DNA of 63,485 bases, counting the filler, from Kipferlia bialata (Eukaryota), in the NCBI GenBank assembly GCA_003568945.1. It is 7 parts of 7 records of this genome, joined end to end, with 100 filler letters (N's around TTAATTAATTAA, not from the genome) between each part and the next. Parts side by side here need not be neighbours in the genome. Positions count along the whole stretch, not along the records: positions 32,405 to 44,898 come from BDIP01001077.1; positions 44,999 to 57,488 come from BDIP01001078.1; 5 more parts are not named here. One strand, given 5' to 3'. The position numbers and the translations under genes are program-made. Under the pieces are notes generated by a model. It ran no database searches. It worked only from the letters and a program-made list of their open reading frames with translations, and was not told where the DNA came from. How positions within the stretch are numbered: position 1 is the stretch's first letter; each line of letters starts with the position of its first letter. Positions 38,247 to 51,700 of the stretch are shown piece after piece.

Positions 38247-41200
38247 TTATAGAGAGGAGAGTATCCATGACACTACCTTATAGGCCGTGTGCATTGCATA
38301 TGCACCCAGGCACCCATAGCCTAGGTCGCTGAACATGACTCCCAGCCACACACCTGGGGTAAGTACATTGGTGTGTGGTCATAGACACCCAGTACGACAT
38401 ACCCACTCAGTGAACTCGTCATGGTAATGAATATGTATCAGTATCTGTGATATATAATTTAGAATGTGTACAATGTGTGTCGGAATGCACTCACCTGTCC
38501 AGTTGCCTGTCATTCCTATTAGTATCAGTGCTATCCGTAGTACACAACCTATCAGAGACAGGAAGGCACCTCGCTGGCCAACACCGGCCTGACATAAGTA
38601 TAACAATATACATATGGTAAAGAGATAGAGAATCGCACATGCTGGTGACCAAATGACAAACGAGATAGGAAACCAGATGTGGTAATACGGCAACGTACCG
38701 ATGCCAGCAGCTGTGTGCCGAAGCTCAACAGGACATACCCGGGTCTGGTGGGTGAGACAAGAACCCACATTGTGTATAAGATACTCGCGCATATATTGAC
38801 GTGACAGGTGATGTAGGTATGTTGCATTGTGGTCCTACCCACCTCATTGCATTGCCCACCCTGACTGCCGTGTTGATGTTGTCCAGGATGACGGAGTCGG
38901 AGCTGAAGAGGGAGACTGGGGGTTAGAGACACTGCAAAGCAAGACTTAGCTGCAAAATATATGGGTTGTCAGAGCTGTATAGGGACACATGGGGTGAGTA
39001 TCGGCGATATATAGATATATCTCGTATCAAAGAGATTCCTAATGCATACTTGGCATACGTATTTATTGTATATATGTACCGAATGTGTAAGGTACTGCCT
39101 CCACTAGAGGCACTAAGACATATACATCGATGTATACGTCATGGCATAGTAGGTGATTAGTGTATATAGAGCAGCAGCACATACCGAATGTGTATGGGAC
39201 TGCCTCCACCAGAGACCACAGGGGCACAAAGACAGCCAGAGCACCCAGGATGACATACTTGCCAGCCTGCTTGACTCTGTAGGTCAGATAAATAGTATAT
39301 ACACACCCATATATATGGTATGTAGAACTGCTTGAACTGTTTGAAAGTGACGACATAGAGGGACTGACATTGATGCACGACACATATTTTAGAGTCAACG
39401 CAGAAAGTCTACACAACTCACCTCTCGCTGTTGTTGGCATGGAAGGCTGCACCCAGAATAGGGACAGCAGCAGTGATGACACCTGGGGTCATGTGCCTAG
39501 ATAGAGAGAACATATAAGAATGAGATAGAGTATGTGAGAAATAGAGAGAGAGAGGTGTGATGACACCTGGGGGTTAGCCTGGTTAGAGAACGTTCCATTG
39601 ACAACACATATCGGAAGAGGAGAGAATAGGTGTATATACTGCTGTGATGACACCTGAGTGTGAGGACATGTCCCCTAGACAGAGAGAACATCAAAAGGAG
39701 ATAGAGAATGTACAAGAGTCCCCGATTAGAGATAAAGATATAGAGAACGAAAGAGAGAGATATAGAGCCGACCTGTGGACGGCAGCACCAGCATGGATGC
39801 CACCCTGTTGACCACCACTGCTATGGCTATGTGGGTGTCAGAGTCGACAGGGCCGTCCACATTGCCAATCACAACTGGGGTGAGGATGGATCAGTGCACC
39901 ACACACACTACGGGAGTATCTCTATCAGGTATTCGGTACCTATCAGCACCAGCATAGTGATCACCGTGGCCATGTTCATGACGTACAGACATACTATATT
40001 CATATTATAGACATATTGTATACATAGAAAATACCAGAAAATATATCAACGTTTTACCTATCAGCACCAGCATTGTGATCACCGTGGCCATTCCCATCAG
40101 GAGGGCAGGGCTGCCAGCCTTGGCTACGGCCTGGTGTCACAGGGGAGGGATATAAATATATATACGAATATATATGAACTTATACATGGTATTGGTCCAA
40201 TAGAGAGGGAAAGAAATTCACCTTGATCTGAGAGAACGACTGTCTGTTTGGCAGTCTCTTGGGTCTAGTGACCTGGATATCAGAGGGCTGACAGAGAGTC
40301 CTGACACAGAGAATACGTTGTAAACGCACAGACACAGCTGGCCACTTGAAATCATTGGGGTATGGTATTTACCAAGTACCTTGACGATGGGTATGACGCC
40401 TATGATTGATGCCAGAAGGAAGGTGAGACCGTAGGAGAGGGGAGGGCCCATAATGCCTGGGATGATAAGGGGATTGAGTGCAGAATATACATATATATTC
40501 ACATGTACATACATATATATAAACATTGATGGATATATATCATAGGAGAGGGCCCATGATGCCTGGGGGGGTAAGGGGATTGAGGGCAGTATATGCACAC
40601 ACATATATATATATATATATAGATACTGATAGATATACATCATAAGAGAGGGGAGGGCCCATGATGCCTGGGGTAAGGTGGAAGAGTAATTGGAAGGTAT
40701 AGTCACAGTGGGTCCGTAGTATATATGTATATCTCCATAGTTTACTTTGCTCCTATGAGATAGAGATTTTGAGTAACTATCTATACAGATACTTTCTCAG
40801 ACAAACCAGTAACAGAATCGATCCCAACCAGTAAGACTAACTCGTAGTGTACACACATAGACATATAGAGTGTACATACCCATGTCCAAGACAGGCCCTG
40901 CCACCCAGCAGAGTACTACCATCAGCATGGCAGAGACCACAGACACTAGTAGAGACAGGGCCTAACGTGAGTGTATATGTATCCACACTTTCAAAGAGAG
41001 TAGCAGATAGTTTGCTGAGTTGGATCTACCTGGTACCCCATCGATCTCAGCAGTGACGTGACCAGCGTGTAGCTGCCAAACCCTATGGGGCCAGCCAGAC
41101 AGAGGGTCATGGCATATGGGCGCATATCAGTACCACTTGATGTGAGAGAGTGATAACTAAGACCAACTGTTCAAATGCTAAGGGACCTGAATCATGTGGT

Positions 41201-44200
41201 CTAGGCAAACGCATAGAAAGAAGTGAACAGCACTTACCCCTCTGTAAATATGAGGCTCCCTGCTGTCCCGATGAGTGTCAGGGCAGCTACAGTTATAAGT
41301 GCAGTCGCTATGCTGATGGTCAGTATACTAAGTAACGTAAAACGAAGACACTACCCAGTAGAATATTCTACGCGGCCACCTGCTCCACAGTCCCTGTCTT
41401 ACTCTCTTCTAAAAGGAAACTACACGATATATATTACTACGCGGTTACCTGCTCCAGAGTGCCTGTCTGACTCTGTTCTGTGTCCCAGCTGTGATGGCCT
41501 GGCCCATGATGGTGCCACTGCCCCTGGAATAAGGGGGAGAGAGAGAGAGAGAGACAGACAGATAGAGAGAGAGAGAGTCACCTGCTAGGCAGCTGTGACA
41601 CTGCCATTATCAATGACCCCAGTGGAGATAGGGTACCCGCCACAGTGAGGGAGTTGCCACCTAGGAGACCTGGGGGTGAGGGTACAACAACTAAGCCCAA
41701 CTAGTTCAAGAGGATTGAATACTGAATCTCCAAGAAGTAGACTCCTGGAAAACTCATTTAGCAATCAGAACGCGGAAGTATACCTACTACAATGATACGT
41801 ATAATGAGGAGTGAACTATTGTATTTGTATTGTGAGACACCCACCTAGGAAGTAGAGCTCTATCAAGGGTATCACTGACACACACAGGAGTGCAATGCAG
41901 TTGGGGGCTGCGTATCTGACAAAGAGGCTGAACAGGGGGGCAGAGCCATAGGCATCGTGCTGGATGGAGACCTAGAGTGTTAGAGGCACTAGGCTAGTAC
42001 CACAAACTATTAGAATTATGAGATGTACATACTTGAATATTTGTAAGAGTAGATATAGAGTACATACCTTGCTGTGAGGTGGACTCTTGTCCGAGGCAGG
42101 TGACACAGCATCCAGCCTGTCCTCCTCCTCGATGGTCTCCATGCACTCCCTCTCTCTCTCTCTCTCCATGATCTGTCGCACGGTCTTGAGATCGGCAGAC
42201 GCAGGGTAGCTGAGCGGTGAGAGGGTGTAATGCAACGAACTAACTCTACAACAATTATGTACATGATGGCAGCACGGAAGTGTGTATGGGGTGCGGCGAA
42301 CATATACATCAATATCTATAGTATGGCGATACATACCTGTACATTGATGACTCTAGGGGAATAGAGAATACATATACTAATATTGTGTAGCTACCTGTAC
42401 ATAGATGACTCTGACCCCTCTCCACTGCTACCACTGGTCTGTCTCTCATCTACCAGCATGGCAGCGAGGTCGGGGGGGACTGGTGTCAATTTATACACCA
42501 CACGATATATGTATATATAAATACATATGTACAAATTTAATACAGATTAAGAAAGTGTGTATATATCATGGCAGCTAGGTCAGGAGGGACTGCGGTAAGG
42601 TGTCTAAGTTACACGTGAGTAGCCCCATATGTAAGTGTTATGCGGGGTACTGTACATAGATATCATAGTCATTCATGCTCACTGTAAGCATGGTTGCTGA
42701 GGAGATTGTGATACAAGGACGCCAGATCTCTCCACCCACCTCTGTACTTGAATGGGTCATCCCCCCTGAGGTGTGTGGAGGTGGGCAGGGTGGACTCCTC
42801 GCCCTCGCCTGGGGTCAGAGTAGACGTCAGAATACATCCTTATATGATACAGAGTGAGAGATAGTATATGAGGAGAGGACAGAACGAGTACCTGGCTCGT
42901 ATATGGATGCCGACTCGAGCACAGACTCAGGCGCCACAGACTTCTGGGGGTGAGAGGGAGAGAGAGAGAGAAGTGTAGATAGTATTATTCAGTTAGTGTA
43001 ACACTCACCCTCCCGCCACCAGGTGGTGTGGGTCCACATGGTCCCCCAGGAGATATGCACTGGGGAAGGGTGTCGGTGCAGGCAGGTTGCTAGGGTCAGA
43101 GAGAGTAAAGCAGGGGTATGAAATACACAGTAGGTAGAGGTATGGAAGGTATTCTAGTATCATGATGAGGGCGTAGCAAAATGAACAGAGAGAGAGAGAC
43201 AGGCTCCTATGCTAAAGCCATATTGTGTTGTTGTGAACGTGGATAAGAAAGGCGTCTGCATATATATATATATATACATATATGGAGAGACAGAGAAAAG
43301 GAGACAGAGAGAGATATAGTAGTAGTAGTATAGATAGTGTCACCCACCCTGACCCCTGTTGGCACTCCCACCGGTGACTTGGCAGAGACAGACCCAGACC
43401 AGTCAGGTCGCTGAGGGTAAGGAGTAATGAGATATGTGTATATGATATGAGTACATATATATATAGACAGGTACACATATGACTGTGCCATGTGAAGAGT
43501 CGGTTCGCTGGGGGTAAGGTGTGTGTGTATAATGTATATATGATATATATGTAGATAGGTATTTACATGGTTATATATATACAATTATCAATCAGGTCGC
43601 TGGGGGGTGAGATGAATGCGCATGATGTATATATATATATATATATATACATATAGAAAGACTAAGACAGATACATACACACATGCACTCACCCGTTGTG
43701 GTCCACCTGGTACATAGCTATGATATATACTATATACACTATACACAGTGAGGTATGTGAATATATGAACACACTATGTCACTCACTCGTTGTATATACA
43801 CTATACACAGTGAGGAATAGAGGAACACACATGCACTTACCCGTTGTGGTCCACCTGGTGACGCATATACTATATGGCATAATAAGTATAAGCCATATAG
43901 ACATGTATACAGAAGATGTACTTAGTGTATCATCCAATCGTAGGCATATATACATGTGATGCACTCACCCGCTGTGGTCCACCCGGTGACACACTCTGGG
44001 GGACACTGGTAGGGTAAGAGAGAAGAAAGAGAGAAAGTATAGACAAATCAAAGACTCAGGGGGACAGTCCTGTGAGTAATAAGGGATTGTGGGCATACAT
44101 GATTATCATATTAAGAAGTACATATGGGAGATGGATACAACATACCCCAGGTTGTATGGATTCTCTGGTATCCTGACTCTCTCTCTCTCCCTCCCTTCTC

Positions 44201-44820
44201 TCTCTCTCCTCCTTCCGACATCAGTGTGAGACAAGACACGGATGGCAAGAGGGATAGAGGTACTGAGGGTAAGGGAATATATACACATGAATAAATGTGT
44301 TTATATATATGTCACGCAGGAATACCACATATATAGTAGTATATATAACAATAGTGACTACATCAGTGTGAGACAAGACACGGATGGCCAGGGGGATAGA
44401 GGTGCTGAGGGTAAGACAATGTATACACATGAATATATTATAAGAATACATTATACCAATGTGTAGTATACGGATGGTAAGGCGAACAACAATCATAGGA
44501 GAGAGGGGCTGAAATATGTATATGTTTGTAACTATACACCCATTCCCGTCATCCTCTGCTACAGGAATTAATTATTAATTAATGATCTGTATATATACAC
44601 ATGCGTATTACTATGTATCAGTTATGTACTGATGGCTATAGTACTATAGATACATTATACTGCTACACATACCCGTCATCCTCGTATGTCCCCTCCTCGG
44701 TGTAGGTCAGTTCCCTGGGGTGAGTGGACAGTATATACACTATATACATATATACACATAATGGTAACATACTATACCATATATACTATATACTATCCTC
44801 CTCGGTGTAGGTCAGTTCCC
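38247..44820 (-). CDS. MATE-family efflux transporter with a long disordered N-terminal extension (5' partial)
   Basis: LFSLFVRYAAPNCIALLCVSVIPLIELYFLG, GSGTIMGQAITAG..RVRQAL, SLLRSMG, GVITAAVPILGAAFHANNSER|VKQA and GVWLGVMFSDL...ILSSL-TAA. The core is 38247-41970; linkage of the hydrophilic exons at 42067-44820 is inferred. Confidence 0.8.
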
Positions 44821-44842
44821 TGGGGTGAGGACATATTGCACG

Positions 44843-44885
<43 letters not shown>

Positions 44886-44898
44886 TATATACATATAT

Positions 44899-44998
44899 NN
44901 NNNNNNNNNNNNNNNNNNNNNNNNNNNNNNNNNNNNNNNNNNTTAATTAATTAANNNNNNNNNNNNNNNNNNNNNNNNNNNNNNNNNNNNNNNNNNNN
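44899..44998. other. Artificial contig spacer
   Basis: N run + TTAATTAATTAA + N run. Confidence 0.99.
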
Positions 44999-45004
44999 GG
45001 GGGG

Positions 45005-45053
<49 letters not shown>

Positions 45054-45092
45054 ACCAGTATAAACACTGATCACACTATGTGTGATACATAC

Positions 45093-45604
45093 CTGTGTGG
45101 CATTTCTGACTCTGACACTGGGCAAGGGGTCAGGCCTAGAATCAGTATCATCAGACTATACCAGATCATACATATATATATGAATACATGTACCTAGGTG
45201 CTGGCAGGGGGTGTAAGGTGACAACACACTCACTGTCATCAAAGGCATTGGCGTAAGAGTGACTCTCTCTCTCCCTCTCAGCCTTGACAGTGCTAGAGGC
45301 CCTACTCCCTCCCTTCCCCTTGGTCTTCCTGGGTCTCTTGGTGCTAGTGTACACCACCACTGGTTCCTCAGCCTCCTCGCTGCTCTCACACACAGACACC
45401 TCGTCCTCAGACGCCTCTAGGTCACTGATCTGAATATCAATGATTATATGTATGTATACACTATGCTATATATATGTGTGTGTCACTGACCTGGAAGGAT
45501 GCCTCATCTCCCTCTCTCTCCCTCTCCCTCTCCTCAGACGACTCCTCTGCCGCGTTGAGGGCAAGCTTGGGCTGTCTGCACCTACGCTTGGCACGTGGGG
45601 CCAT
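45093..45604 (-). CDS. First exons of an acidic/basic low-complexity hypothetical protein (3' partial)
   Basis: MAPRAKRRCRQPKLALNAAEESSEERERE...SFQ|ISDLEASEDEVSVCESSEE...KRPRKTKGK...|SDDTDSRPDPLPSVRVRNATQ| with canonical introns. Confidence 0.6.
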
Positions 45605-45723
45605 ATTGTGCTAGACCCACACACTTGAAAGAGGGTATGGATTATCGAAGCATATCAGTGTGGTTAAAGGGGTTGGCATTAGATTAAGCTTTGTGTCTCC
45701 CTGCGTTTGAGTGTCCAACCAAG

Positions 45724-48700
45724 TCACCCCCCAACCACCCAATATCCAAGCGTGAAGACAACTACCCATCCCACCCTTCTGAGGTATGAATTATAACTGT
45801 AAGACTGTAGGAATGTGTACACATATAGATTCCTAAACCTAATCCCAACAAGCAATTGCAACTCTCCTATGTCTATTAGACCCTGCTCCTCACTTGAATA
45901 CAATACCCACGATAAAAAACCAACAATACATTGGTGGGTAGGTGAAGAGTCCGGATCAAGGAAGAGATAAAGGTCGCTAGTTAGAACCCTGTTCTGACCA
46001 GTGTAAACTGGTCTTGGGAGGAATGGACTACGGAACATGACACTGGAGGTTAGTACTGGAGTCGCTATCTAAAAAGAAATACTCCATGCATACTTATATG
46101 TGCACAACATAGTCAACATACACACCTATCGAACAGCACTGTGACACAGCACCGAGAAAGTCCCTCCTATGCTCCTCTCTCTCTCTCTTTAGTGTCGGCA
46201 CGTCACCAGCAGTGGGGAAAGGGACATTCCTCCTACTCCTTTGCAGCTCTGCCTCCTCAGATAGCGACATGTCACAGACATTTGTCACACAGCCTCGGGG
46301 CAGCTGGTTCAGTATGCATAGAGAGCCAGTGCACTGTCTAAGGGAGAGGTGGGATATGGAGGCAAGTCTTGATGCCGCAACCTGGGAGAGGGGGCCTGGG
46401 GTGAGGATAGTCAGGTCATACTCTATTTACATAATTTCATATGATAGTATACCTAGTGTGGATCTGTCTAGACTGAGTATCGATAGGATTAACTGATACA
46501 TTATATATATATATCATACCTAAAGTTGACCCGTCTAGACTGAGCAGGTTCAGGCTAAGAGGTGGTAGTCCTAGGTTGGGTGTGGGTGGGACTGGCAGAG
46601 AGGTGTTGCCCTTCTTCCTCAGTGCCACCCCATGTAGGACCAGCTCTGACAGGGAGGGGGGGATACCCGCTAAGAGGCTGGGGTTAGGGGGTGTATATAG
46701 TGTTTACAATGCACTATAAGATCAGCATCAGAAGCCGCTGAGAGGCTGGGGTTTGGGGTCTATACCTATAGCCGTATATGTATAAACAGTGTCCTACCTG
46801 CAGACATCCCCCATGTCGAGTTGACAGTCAAACATAGAGATATAGGCATATATAGATATATAGAGAGTGGTATAAGTATAAAAATGCACACCTGCTGACA
46901 TCCCCCATGTCGAGTTGGCAGTCTGACACCTCCAGTCTCTGAAGACAGTCAGGCAGTACACAGGGACTAGGGGGGTTAGAGAGTTGGAGGGGGGAGTATA
47001 TGAAATCAAGATAATGAGTAACTATGGTATCAGTAGAGAGTATACCTCACTGATATGCCGCATCTAGACACCTCCAGACTACCCACATTGTCTGACTGCA
47101 CCCTTTGCCAGAAGACACTGTCTAGCCTGAGAGATCAGAACACACACACATATAGATATATAGAACAGAGAGAGAGAGAGGCACATAGAGGGAGTATATT
47201 TAGTGTCTGACTGCACCCTCTGCCAGAAGGTGTTCATCCTGAGAGTAAGGGTCAGTGTATATAAATATGTGTGTGGGTGTGTGTGTCTGCATATATATAG
47301 AGAGAGAACCTCTACATACCTTATGGTCCTGCCTGACAGGAACATATGGACAGTGGGCACAGAGTATATACATATATATGTACAAAAATATACATATAGG
47401 AAGAGAGAGAGAGTATTCATTTATTCAGAATGCATATAAACAGTATCTATCTAGCACCTTATGGCCCTGCCTGTCAGGCACAGGTGAACAGTGGGCACGG
47501 ACCGGCTCTTGACTGCCCTTGGGCTCTGGCCCAGGGGATGCACACCCACTCTGCTACCACTGCGGCCTGATGGTTAATGTATGTATATATACATATGTGT
47601 ATCTATATAGGTTAATGACAGTAGAGGGATACCTGTCACGTATGGAGATCTCTCTGCCAGCCGTGTGTATGGGTTCCCCCCCGTCTTATTGTAACACCCA
47701 GGGATAGGGGGTACCGCCAATGCCCCACGTCCAGGGGAGCCATAACACGAGGCAGACCTCTTGACAGGTTTGGTCTTGCCAGAAGTAGTAGAGGTAGTAG
47801 TAGTAGTAGGACCCCCTGTCCTAACAGTAGTAGTCTGGGGGGTCTGTACGGGTTGGACACTGCTAGCTGGTACACCAGTACCAACAGCATTAGCACCAGT
47901 AGCAACACCAGTAATAGTACTGGGATTGGCAATGCCACTAGGACCACCATACACCCTTCCCGGTGTACCCTGCATAGCCGCCCTCCTAGTCCTCGGTGAC
48001 CGTATCTGTGGCTCCCTCATCCCATTCTCGTGGGATATGGCAGCTATCACCTCCTGGGCAGTCATGCTCCCAAAGTCAGGCTGACCCTCTCTCTCCCCCT
48101 CACTAATGGGGTCATGCACTGCAGGTCCAGCCCCGTGTCTCTCCACTCTATCCAGATAGTCATCACCATGGGTCAGTCTGGGGGGAAGTACCCGAGGGGG
48201 GGAGCCCTTCCTCACAGGCTGTGCAACCACGTCAGTGACCCCATACAGACCATGTCCCGGGGTGGTGGGTACATAGGGGGTGTACACGTTGGGGGTGGGT
48301 TGCTGCTGGGGTACCGGCTGGGGCTGGGCATAGCTAGTAGGCTGGGGTACTAGCTCTGTGGGGTGTGGCATCAGGGTGGAGGGATCGTACTGTTGCTGCT
48401 GATGCATGTATATAGGGGGTGTGCCCTGGGGCATAGGTGGCATCTGCTGATGCTGCATTGGGGGTATATGCTGCTGGTGCTGCTGTTCCACTGGGGGCAT
48501 ATGCTGCTGGTGCTGCTGGTGTTGTTGCTGTTCCATTGGAGGTATCTGCTGCTGCAGTTGCATTGAGGGTAGATGCTGGTGCTGGTGCTGGTGTGTCTGC
48601 ATAGATGCTACAGGTGCCTGTCCCATATCCATGTGCGTGGGGGAATGCACTGGTACTGACTGATGGTGGTACAGACCCTGGGGGTGACCAGGGTACTCAG

Positions 48701-51700
48701 GTGGGGACATTGCCATGGGCTGTTGTTGGGGCTAGAGTCAGTACATGTGGAGATGGGAATAGTAAACAATACATATATATACAATACACAACTATATATA
48801 TATATATACTATATACCTCTTGTTGCATGTGTGACTCATTGACATGTGACTGATTGACAGCAGGTGGCTGGGGTTGAGGCTGTGCATAAGGAGGGTGCAC
48901 CTGCTGACCGTACTGCTGCTGCTGACAAAACTGCTGCTGTTGTTGTTGCTGATGGTGTGGATGTTGTGGCTGCTGCTGCCCATAGATACAAGGAGCACCG
49001 AACTGCCCCGCATGCTGTTGGACATACCCCATATCATGTCCCACAGCCTGACCCATACCCTGCCCCTGCACAGGTTCTCTCTGTGTCTCTGGCAGTGTCT
49101 GTGTCTGCCACATACGCTGATACTGGTCAGGCCCCTCAACAGAGGACACTGATGGATAGTCGCCAAACTGCACACTGTCTGCAGAATTGCGGATAGGAGA
49201 GGCCGATACAACCATGTCCATATCACCACCACCAGCCATGGGTGACTGATTGAGTGGCAGTGCCCTGTCTCCACTACCACTGCCAAATAGCCCAGAGGTG
49301 TCGGTACCAGCTGCATGAGGGTATAGATGGGTGGTGGAGACTGCCTTGCGAGGGTCAGTAAGGACAGGAAGGGATCCCCCAAACATACCCCTCTTGGCAG
49401 GTGGAGAATGGACACCAGACAGCGTGTGCTCTAACCCTACAGGGCCCTGGTTCTGAGGCACAGTCTCTCTCTCTCTCACTCCTACTCCCACTCCCTCACC
49501 CTGCCCCTCTGTCCCCACCCCCTCATAGTCTGAGTCTACCATCTCGTACACACCCTCTCCCTCTCCCTCTCTCTCTCCCTGTGTAGTGAACCCTCCACTT
49601 GGCTCGGGATCACTGAGGACACAGTTGACATGTCCCTCTGACACTTCCTCACTCACTCTGATAGGTATGGTAGACTCGGTGCCTCTCTGTCTAGCCTCTT
49701 GGTCATATATAGATCTAGGGATATCCCTCCTAGGTGGGGACTGGAACACAGGAATCACACCCTGGAAGTTGGGCAATGCACATGCCCTTCTTGAAGGGCT
49801 ACCCTGGTGTCTGGGGGTACCATCTACATGGGTCACCTTAGAGACTGATTCTCCTTCCCCACTCCCTCTACCACTGGGTCCCTCATCCCTGGCACTGTCC
49901 CTCTGAGGTGACTGTACAGGTGATGCCACTGACATGGACATTGACATTGACACTGCGGATCCCTGGATCTTTCTAAGAGCTCTCGCCTCTCTCCTCTTGC
50001 GACGCTGACTGCGTCTCTCCTCCTTGAGTGCTCTCTTCGCAGCTCTCTCTCTCTTCCGCCTCTGCTTGTCGGTCTCTGGAGAGTCTCCACTGCTAACCTT
50101 GCGCTTACGGATAGATGGAGAGGCAGAGGCAGGCACATGAGTGGCACTAGCATCCCCCTCGGCCAGTGGAGACGCCATACCTGAGGGGAGGGAGGAGGTG
50201 ACCTTCTTGGCGGGTCCCTCTCCCTCTCTCTCTCTCTCTTGTGCTCTCTCCATGAACCATGAGTCAGGGGCAGTGTCAGCCTTACCGACAGCAGTACCAC
50301 CGTCAACTGCAATGGGACCTGCATCTGTTCTTCCAGTGGCAGTGGGAGTATCAACCGGGGTATCCTCCTCCCCAACAGACCTGCCCTCTGTCGCATCCAC
50401 ACTCGCCACTCCACCAAGACGCTCCAGCCTACTAGCCCTGTTGAGCCACGGGTGTGGCATGGGGTAGCACCTATAAGCAGATGCCTGTGACTGCTGCGTG
50501 AGGGATGCCATGGAAGAGGGGGAGGGGGAGACAGACCGGGAGTGGACAGATTCTGTAGGGCTAGTTGACTGCTCTACATCACATATAGATACAGTCTCCA
50601 TCCCTGCGGGAGTAGTGACAGGTGAGGGAATGGCAGGCACCACCCTCCGTACAGTGATAGTGGGTGTGGCATCTAGACTCGACTGTCTAGAGGATACAGT
50701 GGATGAGAGAACACCTACTCTCACCCCACCAGACTCAGTGAGGTGATTGACAGGTTCAGTAGCGGCAGTAGGGGTGTGGAGGGGTGTCACACTAGGTGTG
50801 GCTACAGGAGTGATTGCTGACTGCAATAGTGGGGTCTGCTCACTCTCAGAGGGCTCTGTCTGAAAGGGTATGGCAGGAGTGGAACACTCTGTGGCAGCAT
50901 CTACATCCCTCTCGACAAGGGGTGTAGGACAGGTCTGGACCTGGCCCATGTCTACATCTTGGGTAGACTCGGCCTCTACCTCTGCCTCTCTCTCTCTTGA
51001 TGTCTCCCTCTCATCTCCATCCACCCCTATATCACCCCACAGCTCCTGGGTGGTCTGTGGGATTGGCTGAGTAGTCTCCCTCTCCCCCTCTCCCTCTGCC
51101 TCTGTCTCTTCCTCCTCACTTGACTGGGTTTCTATCACCCTAGACGCCTTCAGACCAGGACTTGGACTTGGGCTAGGGCTAGGGCTAGGACAAGGTTCAG
51201 TATCCATACCCATATCCATATCCATGGGAATGTCTGGAATCTCCTCAGTATTAGCAACATTAACACCCGCAGTCCCCACCCTTGCATCCGCCTGAGGTCT
51301 TGGGACTTTGGGTGTCTCAGACCCTCTCACACTCACTCTCTTCTCTGGCAGAGCCATAGTGCCATTACCCATACACACAGGAGGTGATGAGGGGGTGGGT
51401 GAGGTTGCAGAAGCTGGCAACTCAATCCGTGGCACCCTGTGATTGGTCCTCTCCTTCCTCACTGTCACCCCAGTCTGTCTGATGTCTATCAGGGTGTAAC
51501 GGAACCCAAAGGAGAGCTTGGGGAGATCCTTTCTGAACATGAGGCGGAGTATATATTTGCACAGTGTGCAATGCACACACATATACATATATAAATATAT
51601 ATATATATGGCCTGCTAGCAATATCTCTCCCATACTATCCATACCTGTTGACCCTGATCTCGTAGACCCTCATATATATCTATATCTATATGTATATATC

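Noticed and set aside
51155..51192. GGGCTA tandem repeat (and GGGGTTAGGGG near 46680) as telomeric sequence
   Set aside because: The first encodes PSPSPSPSP in the long exon; the second is the reverse complement of the ctaaccccag acceptor motif.
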